Below, piece by piece: positions 44,101-51,077 of a DNA stretch of 51,077 bases (position 1 is the stretch's first letter; each line of letters starts with the position of its first letter). The notes beneath the pieces are model-generated. The model made no database searches, was not told where the DNA came from, and was given only the letters and a program-made list of their open reading frames with translations. The translations under genes were made by a program, and so were the position numbers. The DNA is from Massalongia carnosa (Eukaryota), in NCBI GenBank assembly GCA_965645245.1, contig OZ287072.1:2790001-2841077 (forward strand). Direction: 5' to 3'.

Positions 44101-44839
44101 TCAGCAAGATGACTGGACAGAGTGGCTATCGATGGCCGAGTTCGCATCAAATGCCTGTGTCTCAGCTTCAAGTGGATTATCTCCATTTCAGGTCAACTAT
44201 GGGTTTGAACCGAGGATGAGCTTCTATCCGATTGACGCATCTACCGGATCGGCCAGAGAAAGAATATTGAAAACTCGAGCAAAAAATATCGGCCAAGCAA
44301 TGGAGAAAATCTGGGAATTCGGAAAAGAAAACCTAGTACGAAGCCAAGAAAGTCAGAAGAGATTCGCGGACAATCATCGGGAGGAGGCACCAACCTATAA
44401 AGAAGGAGATGAAGTTTGGCTATCAACCAAAAATATCAAAACGGAAAGGCCTTCGAAAAACCTAGATCATAAGATGATCGGACCGTACAAGATATTAAAA
44501 GCTTTGGGGAATAGCTATAAGTTAGATCTTCCAGCATCGATGAAAATACACGATGTTTTCCATTCATCATTACTCCGACCAGCAAGTAAAGACCCATTGC
44601 CCGGACAAATACCCCCGCCTCCACCACCGCTAATTATTGAAAACGAGGAAGAATTTGAAATTGATTATATTTTGGATTCAAGAACTTTCAACAAGAAGCT
44701 ACAATACAAGGTAAAATGGAGCAATTACCCACCGGATAACACATGGTATCCGGCCCAAGATTTTGCGAATTCAAAAGAAACTGTGGAAGAATATCATCGG
44801 AAATATCCAAAGAAGCCGCGACCGAAGCTAATCACATGA
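41132..44839 (+). CDS. pol: Gypsy-3 Pol (PR-RT-RH-IN-chromodomain), probably via -1 frameshift
   Basis: ORF 41177-44839 is open upstream to the G GGA AAA heptamer at 41132. MIDTGS, YLDD, ESDSSD, HDQPAVGHPG, SDRG, GPY, EEFEIDYILD...YKVKWSNY. Confidence 0.93.
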   Translation, partial: GKRRTSVIDAAGVDKLVITSFFMEDDLFDDNPVMEDCIVGNKFNTRAMIDTGSTGYCFVDRLTAQEICEKANISPVTLNRRKEIKAYDGRKGKPITQAIYPSLKIGNHTESSTPMLITELGQQTIILGKPWMRKHGVSYHGHTNSISFRPDHCNHLGAPERPFPSSPIRREEPGSTKDTTPIFQPKKILKRDEPDEKNHSNSNPISVRRSRKEDILKQKSWRKDAESEEALDIAMIGADPFNVLTKQKDVEIFAVSLRDINFELAKGEKPITDPKTIVPPEYHDFLDVFSKEKADELPPHRKHDHTIELLEGKGPGHAPLYNMSEGELLLVKRYLEENLKKGFITASSAPLASPILFAKKPSGGLRFCVDYRKLNEITKKNRYPLPLISEIMSRLARARFLTRIDIRHAFNRLRMKTEKDEDLTTFRTRFGSYKSLVLPFGLTNGPATFQNFINDTFLEYLDEFLIAYLDDLLVYSETMTEHRKHVRKVLQKLREAGIQADVDKCEFHVTETKFLGVVVGRNGIKMDPTKIEAVVEWAIPRHLKQVQAFLGFINFYRRFIKDFSKIAKPLVHLTRKDEPFNWTPACQAAFSELKRRVTEAPVLAHFSPSRETFVESDSSDYVSAGVLSQRGEDGLIRPVAFFSKSLLPVECNYEIYDKELLAIIKCFEQWRPELQSTELPIKVLTDHKSLEYFMTTKKLNRRQARWAEFLADFNFVITYQAGKFHTKADALTRRPGHRPELEEDDRQRHQHQIILPLESLDPQIQKEIGFEMNEINAEKSKDPLENNAKLFVPEEKRMKLIQEVHDQPAVGHPGIKRTYEMMKKFFFWPKMKGTIEQYIRNCHTCKRAKAPRDGYSGLLNPLPIPDRPWTDISMDFVTGLPESKGHNAILMVVDRFSKMHHYIPCTTDEEGTTAEETARMLIKHVWKLHGLATTIISDRGPQFVSLVWKSLCVMLGIKAKLSTAFHPETDGQSEISNQEMERYLRTYVNYQQDDWTEWLSMAEFASNACVSASSGLSPFQVNYGFEPRMSFYPIDASTGSARERILKTRAKNIGQAMEKIWEFGKENLVRSQESQKRFADNHREEAPTYKEGDEVWLSTKNIKTERPSKNLDHKMIGPYKILKALGNSYKLDLPASMKIHDVFHSSLLRPASKDPLPGQIPPPPPPLIIENEEEFEIDYILDSRTFNKKLQYKVKWSNYPPDNTWYPAQDFANSKETVEEYHRKYPKKPRPKLIT

Positions 44840-45876
44840 CAGCGATCAGGAGCTCGCTAACCAAGAGGGAGGGTAGTGTCAGGACTCGGGTGTGGGAGCG
44901 CTAAATCCAACGGCTCTTTCCGACCGAAGCTTCGGAGATAAGCTTCTAGAGCCGGATGGAAACTTCGAGAAGAAGGGCAAACGGGCATATAGATTTCACA
45001 TTCTTCTTTGTAGATAGATTTCTCTTCTTCATGCTTAGTCTCTTAGGTAGCTGACTACTATTCGTCTTCCCTGGATAGTGGTTCTTACAGTATCTAAGAC
45101 GACTGTTAAAGGCCATCAAGGTGAGACTGGAGGGACCGGTGATCATCGACTGCGACAACAAACAGACTATCAACTTGATAACTAGTGAGTATATGAAGCT
45201 TCAAACTCGGCTTCGCCATGTAGACATACATAATCACCGATTGAGACAGGAATATTAGGCCGGTAGGGTGTCGTTAAGATGGTTGGCCACAGCTAAGATG
45301 CCGGTGGACGGATTGACGAAGGCCTTATCAAGGCATAAGCACGAGGGATTCATAAGATTGATAGGATTGGTGAACATATTGGAGAGATTGGACTCGATAC
45401 GAAAGATGGAAAGTTTGAAAAATCGTCTAATGCATACACAATCGGGCGTTCAGGTGGCATGTTTCGGAGGACAAAGCATCAAGATGTGGAATATAAGGGA
45501 TTATACTGGACTGATTCCAGATCTATAAACGGTGTTTCTAGATCTGAGGGGGTATGTCAAATTATAGGATAACTAATCCTAAACATCAGTTGTAACTCAG
45601 GATGATATATCCGAAGGGTTATTCCGGCCCGACTAGACACGTGGCCTCCCCCCTTAGATAGATTCCCACTTTTCCATATCCTCCACAATACACAATATCC
45701 TCCACAATACAATCAACATCTACCCAATTCCCTGATTATGCCGTTTGACCCTTATATATTTAACAAAACCCAACCAAATGGGTTATGGGTTGGGTTGGAT
45801 TGGGTTATTAAAATAAGAACCCAACCCAATGGGTTTTGGGTTGGGTTGGGTTATCGTTGGGTTACCCAACAGAAAA

Positions 45877-47913
45877 GGGTACTGATATATGGACACCCCA
45901 TCCGCTACCTAGACACACCCTCTCCGGCTACCTAGACACACCACTTCCGGCTATTTAGATATCCCACACAAAAAAATTCTATGGGGAGGGCTGGACCCCT
46001 CCCTTAACCTCATTAGGATAAGCGACTGAAAATTTTCGCCCACGTTCAAAATTTGAATTGATAAGTATGTATACATCTCTCATGGACAGCAATTGCCTTG
46101 ATGAAATTGAGTCGATTAGCAACATCTTCATGAATAAGACTCTGATTTCAAGCTACTAAACCTCATTCGGTATCGCCGCTTCTTGATTTGTAGCAGCGCC
46201 CCTTGCCCGAGATGCCCTACCTCGTCTGCGCCCTCTTCTCCGTCCCTGTTCCTGTCCCTGTCTCGATTCCTGTCGCTGTCGCTGTCCCTGTCCTCGTGCT
46301 CGTACCCCCCGCCCGCGCCCCCTCCCTGGAGCTGGATCTGTTGGATACCAACCTATGGCGCTAAACATTATTATGGTCCCGTGTTACAGTAGACCTATTC
46401 CGGTATGCGGCACACATCCTGGACTAGGATGATTTTAGACCTTAGAAGTAGAGTCATAGAATCATTAATATAACAACAATAAATAACCTCATTCTTTTAC
46501 AAGATCAGCTCGATGTACGACAGCTTCCACGTCCGGAGCCACCTCCCCGCCTTGTAGATCACCTATTTCCGCCTCAATCCGCTCGAGTAAGGAAGGTGCG
46601 CGCAGGGTAGAAGCTTCAAAGACTTGTGTCATCTGTTTTCGGAACCTCGAGGGCGTCCGCGAGGTCTCACGACAGCGGGATCCTGTACCGTCAGCAAGGG
46701 ATCATTATTATCAGCTGGAAGGTCTCTTTCAAATCTAGATGTAGAATTAGATGAATTCAACAATGTTTGATCAAAACCAACCTCCAATAAGGATTGACAT
46801 CCTCCAGCAACAAAACACCGTCATCGTACAGTCGTTCCTGAATTATGTAACTACAGGGTAGGCCGGTGACAGTAGTAAAGACCTCGGTGCAGGCCCTGAT
46901 CGCCGTTGGTTGATCAACCAACAAATTGTACTGACCAGGAATTTTTCGAAGTGCAAACGGGGTGACCCGACTCGCCAAACGCTGGAAAATCGGTTTGCGC
47001 AAGTCGGTAGGATAGCGATCCTTAGCCGAATTTATGGCGATGAGGTGATTATAAAGCTCATTGGTTAGTAGCAAGGCGACGCCCTCTACGACTGCTTTTA
47101 AGTCACCATTGGAGGTTCCCAGCTGCCTTTTCAGTACAGCATGTCCACCCTCACCTCGCGAAGTAGTCGTTGTCTCGAAATACCTCACTCGGTCAGTCTA
47201 GCACTTTATAAATCTCTGACGAAAAGAAATGTAGGTGGCATTAAGATACTTCACCAAATTAGCATTTGTACGGTTGTATGTGATTTGAAACTGTCCCCAC
47301 AGCTCTTCAAAATTCGGCTCGGAATCAGCCTTAATAAGTGATTTCCATCGTCCGTAAAAGACTTCCCATGCCTCAGTACTGAATGATTTCTTGCAACGAG
47401 CTAGGACATTCTTATTGATGTACCAGATACACAATAAATGACTGGTAGATAGAAAAATCAGCTCAATTGCCGAAATCAAACCTCTATCCATGTCGGTGAC
47501 TGTCGTCGTTGGAGAAGGAAGTTCTAGCTGCGAGTACAAGACTTTCAAACGAGTCATGGCCCAGATGTAAGACTCAATTGTCTCCTCATGCATGAAGCAG
47601 AAGGCGACATAGACCGTAGTATGCAATGCGGTCTGTGCGCAGATGATCAACAAAGGTATTTTGAATCTGTTGGTTTTGTAGGTGCAATCTATCAATAAAA
47701 CTTCCGGATTTGCCTTCAAAAGAGTCTGAGTACTGCATTTACTGAAAAAACGATTGACGATCTGATTGGTTCTCGTCATTAGTCTGCAACTTCAGTTTTC
47801 CATTCCTTGTCAAACTCACCTGATTCTCATCATTTTGTCTGCAACTCGTATACCCAGTCACCCTTGTCAAACTCCTGAATCAGACTCTGTATCTGAGTCA
47901 ATGAGCCCAAAGC
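45877..47913 (-). mobile_element. Mutator/MULE transposon remnant (one TIR plus decayed transposase; 5' part lost)
   Basis: TIR GGGTACTGATATATGGACACCCCATCCGCTACCTAGAC with tandem CTACCTAGACACACC units. Minus-strand PEVLLIDCTYKTNRFKIPL, VTDMDRGL, HLLCIWYINKN, TTSRGEGGHAVLK, SWIM-like CTEVFTTVTGLPCS; stops and frameshifts. Confidence 0.88.
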
Positions 47914-47994
47914 TGTCATGGTGTAAGCGCGAGATGCTCTGCTAAGCGATACCTCCCGACACGTTAAATGTTTTAGATATCGCGTTAGCCTTAG

Positions 47995-48468
47995 TGTAAT
48001 AGGGTAGGCCTAGTATGCGTTCGTTGAACGTAAGACTGGCCTATGTGGCTATATGGGATACGTACAGCCAAAACAACCACCAAGACAATAAGGTCTCTCC
48101 TAACCCAGTCAGGCATAGTGTGGGACTTAACTTATTATTTCGTAGTACACGAAGTATCCCCTCGCCTCGCCTCACCTCCCCTAGCTCGCCTGCCTAGTCT
48201 CATCTACCCGTGTCTTTCGGTGACCCAAGTGTTTCGGTGACCAAAAATAACAGGTATTATTGGCAAGGTACGGAAGAAGAGCTTAGGCTGTGGATTGTCC
48301 TATCCTATATAGATCAATGAACAAGCACTTCAAAAGGGTAGCATTTAGTCTACCCTTTGACCCGACCCTACCTATTTGTACCTCTATTGTGACCATCACG
48401 TTGTGTAGCCCCTGTGGATCCCATCTTCCAGTAGTGAATGCCTGCTGGGAGAAGGTCTCCACGTTTCA
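47995..48468 (+). mobile_element. Solo LTR (family X, 474 bp)
   Basis: TGTAAT...GTTTCA; perfect TSD CTTAG (47990-47994 / 48469-48473); inverted homologue of 6521-7005. Confidence 0.92.
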
Positions 48469-48920
48469 CTTAGTTGGGAGCTAACCGCATTCAGGTAAGG
48501 AAATGGGTTCCGGGAGTTATTCAATACGCCATCAGCCGCTTAGAGGGTCGTGCCATGGCGCAAGTGCAACCCTATGTCAAGTCTCACAACGAAGTGAGTA
48601 TCCCCGATGTGGCAGGGTTATTGGCTATATTGGAGAGGGCCTTTGGGGACCCGGACAAAAAGGCCACGGCACAGCGGGAACTGCGGTTCCTGCGCCAGGC
48701 CAACAAGGAATTCCATGTCTACCTCTCGGACTTCCAGCGTATTGCCCCGGATACCAATTTCGACGAGGAGGCAATGCGCTCAGCTCTGCTGGAAGGCATC
48801 AGTGACGAGCTGAAGCAGCTCATGGTTACCCAAATCACTCCCGAGGACCTCGACGAACTGGTGACCCTCCTCCAACGGCTAGACACCGCCAACGGAATGT
48901 CAATGCTTCCCTCCGGAAGC

Positions 48921-49041
48921 TGTCAAATATATAAGGGTCAAAAGGCATAATCAGGAACTGGGTAGATGTTGATTGTATTGTGGAGGATGTGGAAAAGTGG
49001 GAATCTATCTAAGGGGGGAGGCCACGTGTCTAGTCGGGCCG
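48921..49041 (-). mobile_element. Partial LTR of the Copia-A family
   Basis: Reverse complement of the 3' ~120 bp of LTR 31905-32096; sits at the junction between the Gypsy-4 gag and protease fragments. Confidence 0.88.
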
Positions 49042-49441
49042 TCGAGCCAATAGATCTCTCAGAAGATTCGTTAGACGGTAGACATTGTGTCATATCTATA
49101 GCACTCTCTATGGAAAATCGAGTTATACACACCCATGCTTTGAGTGATTGCGGTGCCTCGAGCTACGCATTCATTGATTCATCCTTCGCGCGAAACAATT
49201 CGCCGCCTTTCACCCCTCTTGTCCGTCCTCGTATCCTCGAAGTAGTCGTTGATCGCCCCGCGGCGGCCGGAAAACTTACTCATCTGATCAAGTCAAGGAT
49301 GCGAATAAACCGTCATTCCGAGCAAGGCTCGTTCTTAGTTACCCAACTGGGTCATTATCCTGTCGTCCTGGGAGTCAAGTGGCTTCAAATTCATGACCCC
49401 TCCGTCAGCTGGACTGAAAATGCCCTGACCTTCTCGTCCAC

Positions 49442-50468
49442 TGTAATACGGATGGCGCTAGAAGTATACGTGATCGCCTACGGCGGTAGCGGGATTAACT
49501 AGCATAAGCCAGGCCGTAGTACTTAGTCGCACAGCCGTCGAGGTTGACACGACGCCACCTTGCCACACAACTCCGAATTAGTTGTTACTACGTTCTAGAC
49601 TGCTTACAGATCAAAAACCTGTCGAGGCCGTGGTGGTTGATTGCCATGGAGTAAGGCGAACTCCTGTGGAGAAGCCGTGAACTCTATATGGAATCTACTG
49701 GCCTACTCGGAGCTACTCGATCTCTTGCTGGATCAAGAGTTGTAGCAGGAGGCATGGCTAGCTGGACGCAGCTTGAGCTCGGCCTCCCCGGGGTAAACTT
49801 CAGCTTCCACCTTTATTGCTACGTTGGTAGTGATGTCGGCTGAGTGAACCTACATGACCTTGTAGTCTAGACCTTCTGTCTAGAGGCAGGTCCGCAGTGT
49901 AGACAGAGATTCAGTCGGAGGTAACCTTCCATCGCTACGTTGGTAGTGGTGACGGCGAAATGAAGCTACATAGCCTCGGCGTCTAGACTTTATGTTTAGA
50001 GGCAGGCTAGCAATGTAGTGAGGGATCTAGCCGGAGGTAGAAGTGTTCTATCTTGCAAGGGAAGGTCTAGAAGGCTGCTCGAGGCTGACTAGATGATCCA
50101 GCGAACGCCGAGTTCGTAGATGGATCCTGAGGGATGGTTAGATGTAAGGCGATAAGGTCAGAAGTGGGTTGCAAGGCTCCTAAGGTTCCAAGGCTCCCAA
50201 GGCTATAGGCTTGGGGTGAGTAGGATAAATACCAGAACGAATCCTGTAGTATTCGTTAGCAATTAGTCTTTATTCTATGGAAAACCTACGTTTGGGTCTC
50301 GGACGAGATCTCTTGGTCCAAGCACTTCCACATCCATTAGTTCTTTGGATCACATATACTCTCGGAGACTAGCACGTAGTAGCTATCTTCCTCCTCTCAC
50401 GCTGAGCATTTCCCCTTTCGAGATCAGTGTCGCTCGTGATTAGCTTACTGGTCTCGTAGCCCATTACA
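49442..50468 (+). mobile_element. Solo LTR of the Gypsy-2 family (diverged variant)
   Basis: TGTAATACGGATGGCGCT...CATTACA, colinear with the Gypsy-2 LTR but with many substitutions and indels; perfect TSD TCCAC (49437-49441 / 50469-50473). Confidence 0.95.
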
Positions 50469-50914
50469 TCCACGTACTGTTTCCAGGAGTGTTTGGAGAA
50501 TAAACATGTCCCTCTTGTCATTTCTGGCCTTCCTGATCCATCTGAAGGGACTCCTGACTCCGCTTCGTCCCTGTCCTTGAAAACCGTCGAATCACGCAAG
50601 AACGAGGTCTCTTGTATGAAAACTCCTGAAACCCTGAAAGTCAGTGAGAACAAGGTCTCTCGCTCAACTCCTAGAACTCTCGAAGTCAGTGTATTAAACG
50701 CTCCTTTAAGTCCTGAATCCCGAACACTTCTTGAGCCACCGATCTCGAACGCACGACCAATAATGGTCTGCACGGAATCTCCTGATCCCTCACCTATGAG
50801 CATTTACATGGTTGGAGCCGCTCCATTCTCGACCCTGATAAAGGACCGGAAGAACGAAATCGTCACCGCTTCCATGTATGAAATTGACAAAGCCCCTAAA
50901 CAACTCAGAAATCC

Positions 50915-51077
50915 TTAGGGTTAGGGTTAGGGTTAGGGTTAGGGTTAGGGTTAGGGTTAGGGTTAGGGTTAGGGTTAGGGTTAGGGTTAGGGTTAGGGTT
51001 AGGGTTAGGGTTAGGGTTAGGGTTAGGGTTAGGGTTAGGGTTAGGGTTAGGGTTAGGGTTAGGGTTAGGGTTAGGGT
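50915..51077 (+). repeat. Telomere, (TTAGGG)27 + T
   Basis: Perfect TTAGGG array running to the end of the window, G-rich strand 5'->3' toward the end. Confidence 0.97.

Larger units (their letters stand above)
39738..45089 (+). mobile_element. Ty3/Gypsy chromovirus 'Gypsy-3', 213-bp LTRs, inserted in the Copia-A RNase H
   Basis: LTRs at 39738-39950 and 44877-45089 (1 difference); TSD GAATC/GTATC (4 of 5); host reading KEAM|YLRRLL resumes after the element; PPT AAGAGGGAGGGTAG. Confidence 0.95.
31905..45765 (+). mobile_element. Degenerate Ty1/Copia 'Copia-A' hosting Copia-C and Gypsy-3
   Basis: LTRs at 31905-32096 and 45555-45765 (the latter with a 19-bp internal duplication); PBS TTATGAGCCC; gag with CPACERPGHNLENC fused directly to RT (WVFTYK...ARLVV...LDAVNAF, YVDD at ~39050); RNase H split by Gypsy-3; PPT GAGGGGG. 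Confidence 0.88.
47914..50914 (+). mobile_element. Fragmented Ty3/Gypsy 'Gypsy-4' (probable LTR start, gag and protease pieces), truncated by the telomere
   Basis: TGTCATGG at 47914 (tentative LTR start); gag YAISRLEG...FGDPD...LRQ...F..YLSDFQ; protease ALSDCGASSYAFID...GHYPVVLGVKWLQIHDP; post-protease IYMVGAAPF segment running into TTAGGG; no RT. Confidence 0.82.

Overview
Right-hand chromosome end of a filamentous ascomycete (TTAGGG telomere, GT-AG introns with CTRAY branch sites). About 85% of the window is nested transposon sequence. From left to right: a decayed hAT; a MITE; a frameshifted DUF6532-like gene followed by a possible Helitron-type 3' end; a solo LTR; a decayed pogo/Fot1 element; a Copia remnant; three chromodomain Ty3/Gypsy elements (one fully intact with LTRs identical by eye); a stack of three Ty1/Copia elements; a MULE remnant; and a truncated Gypsy whose pol is capped directly by 27 TTAGGG repeats. 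The only clear host gene is a fungal NLR (SesB-like hydrolase, NB-ARC, TPR) on the minus strand. It is split inside its TPR array by a ~0.9-kb non-autonomous Copia-type mini-element (TRIM-like), which itself hosts the intact Gypsy. Most notable observations: (1) four tandem ENE-like U-rich internal-loop hairpins in the 3' UTR of the intact Gypsy, two of them double-ENE-like, with a compensatory base change; (2) the TRIM-like element; (3) apparent de novo telomere healing inside a retrotransposon ORF; (4) Tf1-type self-priming sites in all three full-length Gypsies. All calls were made by eye from the sequence and ORF track; no database searches or folding programs were run.
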